A DNA stretch of 54,270 bases from an uncultured Methanosarcinales archaeon (GTDB taxonomy: Archaea > Nanobdellota > Nanobdellia > Woesearchaeales > GW2011-AR9): NCBI GenBank assembly GCA_964439765.1, contig CAYTOG010000001.1:1-54270 (forward strand). Reading direction: 5' to 3'. Positions 23,948-33,410 of this stretch are shown one piece after another. Numbering within the stretch: position 1 is the stretch's first letter; each line of letters starts with the position of its first letter. Under the pieces are notes generated by a model, which saw nothing but the letters and a program-made list of their open reading frames with translations, did no database searches and had not been told where the DNA came from. Both the position numbers and the translations under genes were made by a program.

Positions 23948-25144
23948 ATGCAAGAAGAAAAGCACAAGAAGAACTATTTTAGGTATTTGAAAAAACTTGA
24001 AGAAGGTCGCTGCTGCAAATATCAACTCAACAGAGAGTTGATTCTACGCTTTCTAAAAGACTGTGAGATGGGTAAAACTATCCTCAAAGGTCAGAAGAAA
24101 AAGATTGGTTATGGGCGGTTATCACGCCTTGCAGGGCTGCTTGTCAAGATGGACACGGCGTGGTTAAAAGTCGAGTTGGACAAAGTAACACAAGAACAGA
24201 TGGATTCCTTCATTCTAAACTTAGAGAGGGGATTAATAACACACAATGGAAACCCATACACTTCAGAAACTCAAAAGACAATGAAGAAAGTAGTACGCAA
24301 ATTCTACAAATGGCTATTTGGGAACAATGAAACATATCCCGCGCTGGTGCGTTACATTGACACTTCTGGTCCAATCCCAGAGATCAAAGCCATTTTGAAA
24401 GATGATGTGGATCGAATGATTTCTGGTACTGGCAGTCTTGCACATAAGTTTCTGATTGCAACTCTTTTTGATTCTGGTGCTCGTGCACAAGAATATTTCA
24501 ATCTGAAGATAAAAGACATTGCGTTTACTGGTGAGTATTACCAAATTCGAATAAGTAAATCCAAGACCAAACCACGAACCATCAGTTTGCCATTGTACAC
24601 AGATTTGATTAAAGAATACTTAGAATGGCACCCACAGAAAGAGAATTCTAATGCAGCACTAAGTGTTCACCATTATGATAGCGCTAAGAAGATACTGAAG
24701 AGAGTTGCAGCAAAAACTCTTAGTGTAAATGTGTACTGCCACAAACTGCGGCACAGCTCTGCTACATTCTACGCTAATCATCTGACACATTACCAAATGT
24801 GCAATCGCTATGGCTGGGCTATGAGTTCTGATATGCCTAATCGTTACATTGACTTCGCAGGAATTAGAGAGCAGGAAACTGCAGCAAAGATTATGGCACA
24901 TCAAGGACAGAAGCAAATGAAAGAGCAGAGCGTGCTGCGTTCAGAGCTGGACATTATGAAGCAGACGCTATTAGAAATGAAAAACCAAGAAGAACTTCGA
25001 CGTAAAGAACAAGACCTGCACAATGAGTTGTTTAAGAAATTATCAAGCTATGATAATAAAGATGGACTGACTGATGTGCGAGAGATGTTATATCAAATAT
25101 TGAAAAAAGACAATGCACTTGTAGATAAATTAAGGCAATTTTGA
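23948..25144 (+). CDS. Tyrosine recombinase / integrase
   Basis: 'LFDSGARAQEYFNLKIKDI' (Arg I), 'HKLRHSSATFYAN' (H-x-x-R) and 'MSSDMPNRYIDF' (Tyr region). The gene abuts attL. Confidence 0.85.
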   Translation: MQEEKHKKNYFRYLKKLEEGRCCKYQLNRELILRFLKDCEMGKTILKGQKKKIGYGRLSRLAGLLVKMDTAWLKVELDKVTQEQMDSFILNLERGLITHNGNPYTSETQKTMKKVVRKFYKWLFGNNETYPALVRYIDTSGPIPEIKAILKDDVDRMISGTGSLAHKFLIATLFDSGARAQEYFNLKIKDIAFTGEYYQIRISKSKTKPRTISLPLYTDLIKEYLEWHPQKENSNAALSVHHYDSAKKILKRVAAKTLSVNVYCHKLRHSSATFYANHLTHYQMCNRYGWAMSSDMPNRYIDFAGIREQETAAKIMAHQGQKQMKEQSVLRSELDIMKQTLLEMKNQEELRRKEQDLHNELFKKLSSYDNKDGLTDVREMLYQILKKDNALVDKLRQF

Positions 25145-25165
25145 GTTATTAATGACACAAACACT

Positions 25166-25205
25166 ATCTATTACTACGTGTTTGTTACGTTAGACTTTGA
25201 GACTG
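25166..25205. repeat. Left ~30-40 nt imperfect direct repeat bounding the GHKL cassette
   Basis: 'atctatt(actacgtg)tttgttacgttagactttgagactg' versus 29423-29452 'atctatttgttaagtgagactttgagactg'. A 14-nt exact core, agactttgagactg, lies at 25192-25205 and 29439-29452. Confidence 0.7.
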
Positions 25206-25268
25206 CAAAGCTAAGAGAACGGTAGATGAGAAATATAATCTATTAATTTGAAGATTTAATAAAATATT

Positions 25269-25823
25269 TTATTTGTGGTTTTGAAGAAATCTCTGTCCCA
25301 AAGAATATGCTCTTCCTAAAGCTTCAGTGTTCTTATCAACTTCTAAAAACATTGGAGAACAAGAACCAACACCCATCATTTCAAAGACATCAAGACCACA
25401 CATTGCTAAGTGGCCTGCCCTATGTTCCAAAATGGCACCATAAGTGTCATCTTTTTGTTGACTATGTGTGTAAACAAGTAACGTTGGTAATTTCTTTCCT
25501 AATCGTGGATGAGTAAACATAAAAAACCTTTCAAGGAACCCTTGTGTTGCAGAACTTATGTTACCTATGTATATCGGTGTTGCAATGACTATTCCATCAG
25601 ATTGATCCACGTAATTTCTTAATTCAGAAAAATCTTGTTGAACGCAACCACTTTGATCTCTACATCCGCCATCGCTCCTACAACCTCTTGTGAGATAATC
25701 TTCAATATAAACTACTTCTGTTGCAAAACCATTTGCTTCAGCTCCTTCTAAAACAGTTCTCACTAAAGTATTAGTATTCCCTTCTTTTCGTGGGCTTCCA
25801 ACGAAACCGGTTATTTTTCTCAT
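25269..25823 (-). CDS. NAD(P)H-dependent FMN reductase / flavodoxin-fold flavoprotein
   Basis: The N-terminus 'ITGFVGSPRKEGNTNTLV' is the typical FMN_red / iron-sulfur-flavoprotein start; size is 184 aa. Confidence 0.75.
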   Translation of the reverse strand: MRKITGFVGSPRKEGNTNTLVRTVLEGAEANGFATEVVYIEDYLTRGCRSDGGCRDQSGCVQQDFSELRNYVDQSDGIVIATPIYIGNISSATQGFLERFFMFTHPRLGKKLPTLLVYTHSQQKDDTYGAILEHRAGHLAMCGLDVFEMMGVGSCSPMFLEVDKNTEALGRAYSLGQRFLQNHK

Positions 25824-25850
25824 TTTAATGGTATCAATCTTTTTAGTTAA

Positions 25851-28139
25851 TCATCCATAAAACGCAGTAAGTAATGCACGATAATTTGGTTTAGAATCTA
25901 ATCGTGTTTCAGTTAGCGGGAAAGATCTACTTCGCCGATTAGTTAAACCTGATGTGAGACGATCCATTGTTTTCTTTGGAACAGTTTCTCTTTGGAAACT
26001 TCTTCGCAGAAGATGTTTCAGATCAGTTTGTTCTATTCCAACAACGATTCCTGTGACAACTGGACCTTCAAAATCAACAAGATAGGCTTCGCGGCGAGAG
26101 AATGATATTCCAGATCCACCAAAATCTCCGACCTTTGATAATTCTTCTTCAAGACTGGATCTTAAGCCAGTAACTTCAGTTTGATCAACGCGGAATGCGT
26201 ATGCTAAAGATTCTTTACTAGGAAGATATGCAACCTTTCGATCAGTAATGACTACTTGGCCTTTGAATCTTTCAGGAAATAAGATTCTCAAGAAGCCCCC
26301 AACAGCTCCTGGAGAAATAACATAACAAGACGGTTGTTCAGCTCCCGCAAGATTTTCTATCCCTTCTGGAAGGGCAGATTCTGCTTCCATTCTATCTAAT
26401 AATCGTGCAGAAGAATACTCTGCTTGTTGAAAAAATGCAGCTTGCATTGCATCATTTTTCGCATACTTCTCTGGGGGATCCATTTCCCTTAGAGCAGCAT
26501 ATAATGTTAATCTTCCATCAAGTAATTTAATCACATTGGTAACATCTCGCCCAAGGACCTTTGCTTTTCCCCAACTTGATCCTCGATTTAGAAAACCACC
26601 CGTATTTTTAGTTTGATATGCTCTTCCAGTAACAAGCAATGCTTCACCAAGCTTCCTTTCAGATAAAACCCCTGAAGAAATAAGTCGTTTTAATTCAACG
26701 TTGCTTAAGCCAGTTCGTGTCGGGAGTTCACGTAAGTGATATAATCGATTAGCATTTGTCCGTAGAGTTGGATCAAATCTTTTGTGTTGTTTTTCTCGTG
26801 GAATGATTGATGATAATGTTTTTCCTTTAGATCGACGATCACCATATAACGCTCTTGACACACGAAGAACATGATCTTCATAATCTTCTTGTCCATTGAT
26901 ATCAGCAATAAGACTCACCGCAGCATACTCACCAATTCTAGCAAGAGCTGCTCGTACTTCCTTTGGTTGAATACCACTCATAAGTAAAGCTGATGAGTGA
27001 GGATTAACATAAACTGTTTTTGCATCACGATCAACATATACTAAATCTCCTGCTTTCCGCGCACTAAATACAAATTCAAAAGGATTTTGACTCGGATTTT
27101 CTACACCTGCAAGCGTTGCGAGTTCTCGACCAACAGTGGGTAATGTTTCAAGAAATACTCTTTGTGCTTTTTCAACTTGTCTATCTCTACTATCCCCATC
27201 CATATCTCGCCGTACCTGTTTCATGACCTCACGAAGATATTCATGTAAACGTGTAACTTCAGGGCAATCCAAAAATCCAGAACGGTCAAAACGAATCTTA
27301 GATTCTAATCCATCGACATTAACAACACCATATAATTTTTTTGCCATGCCCATTGCACTACTGGCTCCAAAAAGGTCTTCATTTTGCCCACCTACTGCTC
27401 GACCATTGACTTTTGTAAACACTCCTCGTTGACCAGGAGGTAATGTTTTCTTAGAGTAAAATAAACTACCATTCACTCCACCAATTCCTGGAAGTTTTGT
27501 CTCAATAAAGTATTCAACAACATTTCTTAAGCCAGTGGGAGTTACTAACTGTCCGTTTAAAGTTAAATCAAAAGAGCCGGGTTCAATCGGAAGTTCATTA
27601 GCTAACATTGCACGTAATCGTTCAACACTAAACTGCCCACTATCTGGTCGGAAGCGCAAATTTCTCATTGCAATTTTAACACCATGAACTTCTTCAGAAC
27701 CTGCTTTGCTAAAAATAGAAATTGGTTTATCGTCTCTATCTCCTTCGGAAAACTTTTCGCTAGCAGTATACTGCGTTCCTTCACGCCAGGAATCTAAGGT
27801 ATAATCTCTTGAAATCATCCGAAGTGCAAGTGATGCAATACCAAACTTTCCAATAACAACTCGCCCACCTTCAGAGATTGGATTTGATTTTTTAAGACTA
27901 TCACCCATCCGAAAGAATGATTCCAATCCTTCAGGGCCCATACCACAACCATTATCTCCAATTGTCAAAGAACCCTTATCTGGTTTATAAGTAACAGTAA
28001 CTTGAGTAGCATCAGCATCATATGAATTAGCAACTAACTCAAGAACACACGCTTCTAAAGATGGTAATAGGTTGTTACCCATAGTAACAGAAAGATCTTG
28101 ACCATGTGTCCTTGATACAACAAAACTGGCATCAACCAT
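25851..28139 (-). CDS. MORC/paraMORC-like GHKL (Bergerat-fold) ATPase with ~550-aa uncharacterised C-terminal region
   Basis: N box 'LELVANSYDADAT', G1 box 'IGDNGCGM' and G2 box 'IGKFGIASLA' all lie in the first ~110 aa. The rest has no motif I can name. Confidence 0.75.
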   Translation of the reverse strand: MVDASFVVSRTHGQDLSVTMGNNLLPSLEACVLELVANSYDADATQVTVTYKPDKGSLTIGDNGCGMGPEGLESFFRMGDSLKKSNPISEGGRVVIGKFGIASLALRMISRDYTLDSWREGTQYTASEKFSEGDRDDKPISIFSKAGSEEVHGVKIAMRNLRFRPDSGQFSVERLRAMLANELPIEPGSFDLTLNGQLVTPTGLRNVVEYFIETKLPGIGGVNGSLFYSKKTLPPGQRGVFTKVNGRAVGGQNEDLFGASSAMGMAKKLYGVVNVDGLESKIRFDRSGFLDCPEVTRLHEYLREVMKQVRRDMDGDSRDRQVEKAQRVFLETLPTVGRELATLAGVENPSQNPFEFVFSARKAGDLVYVDRDAKTVYVNPHSSALLMSGIQPKEVRAALARIGEYAAVSLIADINGQEDYEDHVLRVSRALYGDRRSKGKTLSSIIPREKQHKRFDPTLRTNANRLYHLRELPTRTGLSNVELKRLISSGVLSERKLGEALLVTGRAYQTKNTGGFLNRGSSWGKAKVLGRDVTNVIKLLDGRLTLYAALREMDPPEKYAKNDAMQAAFFQQAEYSSARLLDRMEAESALPEGIENLAGAEQPSCYVISPGAVGGFLRILFPERFKGQVVITDRKVAYLPSKESLAYAFRVDQTEVTGLRSSLEEELSKVGDFGGSGISFSRREAYLVDFEGPVVTGIVVGIEQTDLKHLLRRSFQRETVPKKTMDRLTSGLTNRRSRSFPLTETRLDSKPNYRALLTAFYG

Positions 28140-28263
28140 GCTGTTTTATGTCAAAAATTGAATTTATATATGTTATTGTTGTCAAAACGTCTAATGCTCG
28201 CTACTACTTTCAAGTAAAAACTTGAGGTAAATTTTATAAAGTTCACTTCATTTCAGGGAAAGT

Positions 28264-29379
28264 ATGGTCCTAAAAGATCTTTACCAAGTTATTAATGCTC
28301 CAGGTTACTTTGAAACATTAGAATCTTTCAGAGATCATGCTTTAGAAGGTGATTACGAGGAAGGAACAAAATTACTTAATGGAGATGGTTGTTTAGAAGA
28401 GGATGCAGTTTCTCATTTATTGTTAACATTAGCTGTTTCGACAGATTCTGAACCATTAGAAGAAGCATCTGATAATCTCACTTTACTGGATGGAGTCATT
28501 TATGCAGCAAGACATTTAGATGGAAACAACTCCTTTCCATTATGTGCTGCATTAGATTTCAAATCTGAACGTATCAGAGATATTTCAGAAGAATATAGAT
28601 CAACACTAGGTGCACTTGTTACAGAGAGTTCACAAAATAATTCTGAAGATATGCAAGTTAGCTTTTTAGGTTTTAAAGTAAAAGGGCTTCGAAGATTGTT
28701 TGGACACTTATTATCTGCTGGAGAAATTGATGAAGGTTTAATTCGATTCCAAGAAACGTTAAGGGCTTTAGAGGAAGCAAGTGATTATTTTTCACCAGGA
28801 AGAGTCTCTTTAACATACACTATGGCATTATCTGATCTAAGGGACACTATGCGAACACATCGTAGCAACTTAGATGTTTCTCAACGACTTGCTGAAGCAT
28901 ACAGTTCTGGAATGAATTCTTTCTTTGCCGTTTGTAGAAACGACCAAGGAACTGTGCCGTTAGATACAGAATCTGGAAGTGAACTGTTACAAGGAAATCT
29001 TGCATGTGGCTTAGTATATTGTGAACTTTTAGGATTATTAGATGAACCTGAACAAACTTACATTGACCGAGCAGTTCAAGGGATAAATTTTGCTCATTTA
29101 TTAGGTACTCAGATGGGAGAAGATCCTTTTGAATTTGCATTAGATATGGCAGAAGCAGTGTATCAAGTAAACTCTTCAATGGGATTAGCTTGTTTTGAAA
29201 ATGCACGACAAATTCCTCTGCAAGGTTTAGATGTTGGAAGCCCAGTGTATGAAGGTACAAGAGTATCAGCCAATGGGACTGTTGATGATCGATTACTAGA
29301 ATTGGGCGCAGTTACAACTAATTCTTCACCAAGTTATGGAATGTTTGGACTTGGTGGAAGCAGTCCAATTGATTGTTAA
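28264..29379 (+). CDS. Hypothetical acidic, helix-rich 371-aa protein divergent from the GHKL ATPase gene
   Basis: A long ORF with the same elevated G+C character as its neighbour, sharing a 124-nt divergent intergenic region with it. No recognisable motif. Confidence 0.55.
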   Translation: MVLKDLYQVINAPGYFETLESFRDHALEGDYEEGTKLLNGDGCLEEDAVSHLLLTLAVSTDSEPLEEASDNLTLLDGVIYAARHLDGNNSFPLCAALDFKSERIRDISEEYRSTLGALVTESSQNNSEDMQVSFLGFKVKGLRRLFGHLLSAGEIDEGLIRFQETLRALEEASDYFSPGRVSLTYTMALSDLRDTMRTHRSNLDVSQRLAEAYSSGMNSFFAVCRNDQGTVPLDTESGSELLQGNLACGLVYCELLGLLDEPEQTYIDRAVQGINFAHLLGTQMGEDPFEFALDMAEAVYQVNSSMGLACFENARQIPLQGLDVGSPVYEGTRVSANGTVDDRLLELGAVTTNSSPSYGMFGLGGSSPIDC

Positions 29380-29422
29380 GTAGTTTTCTCATATTCTCAC
29401 CCACCAAACACATTATAATATA

Positions 29423-29452
29423 ATCTATTTGTTAAGTGAGACTTTGAGACTG
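29423..29452. repeat. Right direct repeat bounding the GHKL cassette
   Basis: See 25166-25205; the exact core agactttgagactg lies at 29439-29452. Confidence 0.7.
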
Positions 29453-29492
29453 ACTGTGTGGCATGAGAAGTATCCCCTTTTGATATAGTTTA

Positions 29493-29717
29493 CTACATTA
29501 TTTTTGAGAAGAATTTTTCAATTAGGTCAATATCTTTCAAATCAGAAACAAACAATAATACTGCCAAGATAATCAAGATCCAATTAATAACACTGAACTT
29601 GATTCCAAATAAATCTGGGCCCAAGACATTGGAAAGTGCATCTAAAATAAGGACTGCCACAACTAAAACAAGAATACCTTTTATATTTCCAAGCATTATT
29701 TTTGTTGTTGATTCCAT
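29493..29717 (-). CDS. Small membrane protein (two TM helices)
   Basis: 74 aa with hydrophobic stretches ILVLVVAVLILDAL and INWILIILAVLLFV. Confidence 0.45.
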   Translation of the reverse strand: MESTTKIMLGNIKGILVLVVAVLILDALSNVLGPDLFGIKFSVINWILIILAVLLFVSDLKDIDLIEKFFSKIM

Positions 29718-29752
29718 AATTTCATTTAGATGGTGAGCCTCTCTTGTTTTGA

Positions 29753-30268
29753 TTAATACCCCACTGCTTGAACACCATATTCAGCTTCTTCGCTAGTAAA
29801 TCCTTCAAACTCTAATTGATCAATTAATCCTTCTCGTGAAAATCCATTGATATCCAAATAAGATTTGGCTTTTAATGCAGCTTGTTCATACCAATCTGCA
29901 TTAGTGTTATCAACCCCATATACTGATTCTTCATTAGTAAATCCTTCAAACTCTAATTGATCAATTAATCCTTCTCGTGAAAATGCCATAATGCTCAAAT
30001 AAGATTCAGCTTTTATTAATGCATTTAGTTCACCAAGTGTTGCAGTATCTGATTCTTCTTCTACATCTGAAGTTGTTTCATCCCGAGTATTACTTTCTTC
30101 TACTATTTCATCTTCATCTGAAGTCTCATCATCATCACAGATTGAATTATTATTTTCATCTAAACAACAAGAATCTCCATAATTAATGTAAGGTTCATTG
30201 CAAACAACTGGAGTACAACCAACTAGCAAGATTAAGAGAACTAAACTAATAAATATTGAATATTTCAT
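29753..30268 (-). CDS. Ltp-family lipoprotein (two 'host cell surface-exposed lipoprotein' repeats), candidate superinfection-exclusion factor
   Basis: Lipobox-like 'LLVGC' follows the signal peptide. Two repeats, 'NALIKAESYLSIMAFSREGLIDQLEFEGFTNEESVYGVDN' and 'AALKAKSYLDINGFSREGLIDQLEFEGFTSEEAEYGVQA', fit the Ltp repeat pattern (A..sYL....FS..gLi.QL..eGF..e.A.Ya). Confidence 0.75.
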   Translation of the reverse strand: MKYSIFISLVLLILLVGCTPVVCNEPYINYGDSCCLDENNNSICDDDETSDEDEIVEESNTRDETTSDVEEESDTATLGELNALIKAESYLSIMAFSREGLIDQLEFEGFTNEESVYGVDNTNADWYEQAALKAKSYLDINGFSREGLIDQLEFEGFTSEEAEYGVQAVGY

Positions 30269-30717
30269 ATGATCATTAAATATTAGGAATTTATAAACAT
30301 TTACTGCATATGTGACAAAGTTAAAGTACTTCTAATAGTCACTCAACCCAATGGAAGAATACATTGCCCAACAAGAAGTAACACTCAATGGACAGAAACA
30401 CCTAGCATACATCAAACGAGTAGCTAGTAAGATTGAGAATGGAGAAGTTACTGATACTGTTCTAAAGGCGTTTATTAGAAAAATATAAATACTATTTTTA
30501 GATTATTAATAGAGTGAATTAAACATTTATTGCTTTGATCAGTTTTCTCTCTAGCTTGGTTGGGCTTCTTTTTTCAACTGAACTCATTATTTTAATAAAT
30601 TGTTCAGTTTCTGATCGATTTAAACTTGGTGTTGCTCTAATTGGTTTTGCCATTTTTTACTTCTCTTGTACCAAAATCACCCAGATATTTAAATATTCCC
30701 TTCACTACTACTAAATA

Positions 30718-31362
30718 CTAAAAACCAAGCAATCTCTTTTTAGTCCTTATTATATGGTATAAATCAAGATAAAGGGGCGTTGTTCCAGATTTTTGTTTGG
30801 CAATATCTGCATCAGTTTTTCCGCTTCTTTTTTTTAATATCTTAAATCCATATTTTTTATAAAAATGGAATGAATCTTTGTCTTTTTTGGGGTTTCTTTT
30901 TGCATCTAATGTGATAAATCTACAAGCAACATTTTGATTCAAGTAAATTATTCTTCTTATTGATTCAAATAGAAGGCATTTTCCAATTCCTTTCTTTTGA
31001 TATTCATCACCTACACAGATTCTACCAATCTTCAATGAAGGTAATGATCTATACCCTATCCCTTTTTGCTTAAACCTAGTTTTTAGGCTCGAATCAAGAC
31101 TAATACTGTCTGTTAAAATTGTAACGTATCCTAAAAGAATGAGTTCTTCACCATTTTTTTTATTTCTAGTGAAATTTCCTTTGTCAAATACAAGGAGTGT
31201 GTTAGAAACGCACATCTCTTGAGAAAAAAAAGCATCTTCAACTAAAAAATCTTTCAAATCTTGTTCAAATGTTTCAAATTTTTTCAACAAATATTTATGT
31301 CTTGGTTTTATTCTATCGAACTGAAGATCTTTAATTTGATAATCTTTCTTTAATTCGAACAT
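30718..31362 (-). CDS. GNAT-family N-acetyltransferase
   Basis: Motif A 'YQKKGIGKCLLFESIRRI' (Q/RxxGxG) and C-terminal 'FYKKYGFK'. Confidence 0.75.
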   Translation of the reverse strand: MFELKKDYQIKDLQFDRIKPRHKYLLKKFETFEQDLKDFLVEDAFFSQEMCVSNTLLVFDKGNFTRNKKNGEELILLGYVTILTDSISLDSSLKTRFKQKGIGYRSLPSLKIGRICVGDEYQKKGIGKCLLFESIRRIIYLNQNVACRFITLDAKRNPKKDKDSFHFYKKYGFKILKKRSGKTDADIAKQKSGTTPLYLDLYHIIRTKKRLLGF

Positions 31363-31379
31363 TTCCTTATGTCTCTTTA

Positions 31380-31631
31380 TTATTGAATTGATATATTTTT
31401 CCCTTTTAATGTTAATTTATACATCTTATGAATTCGATCTTTTGGATTCAAACATTTCACTAACTTTTTTTCTTCCAACTCAAGAATTGTTCTTCTCACA
31501 TGAGTTCGATACAATCCAGTTGCATGATGCAATTCTGCTTGCGTCATTGAATCCTTCTTAGAAAGCTCTTTGAGTATCCTAATCCGATTTTTTCCTCTCT
31601 TAACAAAAGCAATTAAGTATGCATCAACCAT
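31380..31631 (-). CDS. Small winged-helix (ArsR/MarR-like) DNA-binding protein, upstream of and co-oriented with the GNAT gene
   Basis: 'RIRILKELSKKDSMTQAELHHATGLYRTHVRRTILELEEKKLVKCL' fits the wHTH pattern. An 18-nt gap separates it from the GNAT start. Confidence 0.65.
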   Translation of the reverse strand: MVDAYLIAFVKRGKNRIRILKELSKKDSMTQAELHHATGLYRTHVRRTILELEEKKLVKCLNPKDRIHKMYKLTLKGKNISIQ

Positions 31632-31706
31632 ATGACCAAGATAAGACCAAATAGATATTTAATTGAATAAGACCACAATGTGACCAAAATATTAATAAGG
31701 AAGTAA

Positions 31707-32057
31707 ATGTTTGATTATACTATGGCAAAAAGAACTGCAGAATTTATTGTCGGACTAATTGGTGGAATATTTGGTATCTTAGGTGGATTACTAGGTATGA
31801 TGATCGGTGGTATGAGTGCTGCATTTGGTGGTGGGGCAAGTGTTGTGTGGTTAGGAATATCTGCAATTGCTTTTTCCATCTTAGGAATTGTTGGTTCGGC
31901 AACTGTTCGTCATAATTCAAAGAAAGGAGGATGGATGATGTTAATCGCTGCTGTTGGTGGAACCATTAGTGTTAGTTTTGCTTATGCTTTAGCAGGACCA
32001 TTACTCTTAGTTGCGGGTTTATTGGCACTCATTAGAAAAGAGGGTGAACTAAAATGA
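31707..32057 (+). CDS. Gly-rich small membrane protein
   Basis: 116 aa with three or four Gly/Ala-rich hydrophobic segments (FIVGLIGGIFGILGGLLGMMIGG...). ATGA-type overlap with the next gene. Confidence 0.5.
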   Translation: MFDYTMAKRTAEFIVGLIGGIFGILGGLLGMMIGGMSAAFGGGASVVWLGISAIAFSILGIVGSATVRHNSKKGGWMMLIAAVGGTISVSFAYALAGPLLLVAGLLALIRKEGELK

Positions 32058-33052
32058 AATTTTATGTCATTGCAATTTTAATTTTTTCTTTATTCTTATT
32101 TTCCTGTACTTCCTCATCAAGCAGCTTAGTAAATGAATGCACTGATCTTTGTTTTGAAACAGGAGGAGTAAACAGTCAGGCAGCAAAAGATGCGTGTGAA
32201 TCAGCTTGTTCTCAATATTTGTATTATGGTGGCGAAGATAAAATAAATGAACTTATCGATGCATACAGAACTGAAAGTGAAGCCAATGAAGTGATCTATG
32301 GGACATCAAATGAACTGGATGGGGTTGACATAAATGCTGTTGAAAACATTGAAGAATGTCAAGATCTTGAACAAGATTCAAAAAATGTTTGTGTAATGAA
32401 GTTTATTGAAGCTGATGAGGATTTTGATGATGCATTAGTTTGTAGTTGGATTACGACTGAAAAGTCAGAGTGTTTATTCACTCTAAATTTTAGAAAAGCA
32501 ACAAAAAATAAAGATCCCACTTTCTGTTTACCCACAGATGATTTTGAAGGGTGTTATATAGATTATCTAATTGATGAAAATTTATGTCCTGCACCAAAGG
32601 TGGATCAAATGGAACAAGATCTTTGTATTTTAGGTTTTATTGAAGAATTAGGTGGCGATTTAGATATTGATTTAATCAGAAGTGGATTTTCATCTCATGG
32701 GCGAACTGTCTTAAGTGACTTATCAATGATAGAGGCAGTATATTCTTCTGACTACAATAGTTGTGATTCTCTTTGCGAAAATGACCCTGAAGGATGGAGT
32801 AGAAATTCAGAAGATTGTGACCGAGCTCAATGTTTATCAATAGTAACCATTTATGACCCAAGTAAAACCTATCGGGAATGTAACGAACATTATCTTGAAG
32901 ATCCTTTTTGGGGAGAGAACGAAGGGATTGTTAGTTGTTTGATGGCACAAGCAAAGCGAGATAATGATTTACTATTATGTGAAGATTTAGAGCAAACTAG
33001 TCCACCTTTTGTAGACATATGTAAGAGTAATGTGGAAACTTGGAATCAATAG
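32054..33052 (+). CDS. Secreted Cys-rich acidic protein (lipobox-like LFSC)
   Basis: Signal sequence MKFYVIAILIFSLFLFSC, more than 20 Cys, acidic composition. Confidence 0.55.
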   Translation: MKFYVIAILIFSLFLFSCTSSSSSLVNECTDLCFETGGVNSQAAKDACESACSQYLYYGGEDKINELIDAYRTESEANEVIYGTSNELDGVDINAVENIEECQDLEQDSKNVCVMKFIEADEDFDDALVCSWITTEKSECLFTLNFRKATKNKDPTFCLPTDDFEGCYIDYLIDENLCPAPKVDQMEQDLCILGFIEELGGDLDIDLIRSGFSSHGRTVLSDLSMIEAVYSSDYNSCDSLCENDPEGWSRNSEDCDRAQCLSIVTIYDPSKTYRECNEHYLEDPFWGENEGIVSCLMAQAKRDNDLLLCEDLEQTSPPFVDICKSNVETWNQ

Positions 33053-33410
33053 TCCTGTCTTGCACTACACAATAAAGAAATGTGTAAATGATTTTGTTAT
33101 TTTCTACTCCCATGCCACATCTTATGCCAATTAATCTTAACACTTTAACCTTTTCTTTAATTGTTCCTTTATCACCAAAAGCATGTTCTTTGATCACTTC
33201 TAGATACATTAAGATATCAAAAGCACTTGCAGTGGAGTCAAGAATTTGGTGATGTATCCAGTCCAAATCGTTCTGTGATAACTTTCTTTTTTTTAATTCT
33301 CTAAGACGAGCAGATTCTCGCTTTCTTTTTGACCTTTTTTTTCCACCAATCTGGCCCAATTCTCTTGCTCGTTCCTTGCTTGTGATGGGGATCAAATTTG
33401 ATTTTACCAT
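32997..33410 (-). CDS. Hypothetical protein with basic N-terminus
   Basis: The 137-aa ORF has 'SKERARELGQIGGKKRSKRKRESARLRELKKRK', suggesting nucleic-acid binding. Its 3' end overlaps the convergent gene by 56 nt, so the real C-terminus is uncertain. Confidence 0.4.
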   Translation of the reverse strand: MVKSNLIPITSKERARELGQIGGKKRSKRKRESARLRELKKRKLSQNDLDWIHHQILDSTASAFDILMYLEVIKEHAFGDKGTIKEKVKVLRLIGIRCGMGVENNKIIYTFLYCVVQDRTIDSKFPHYSYICLQKVD

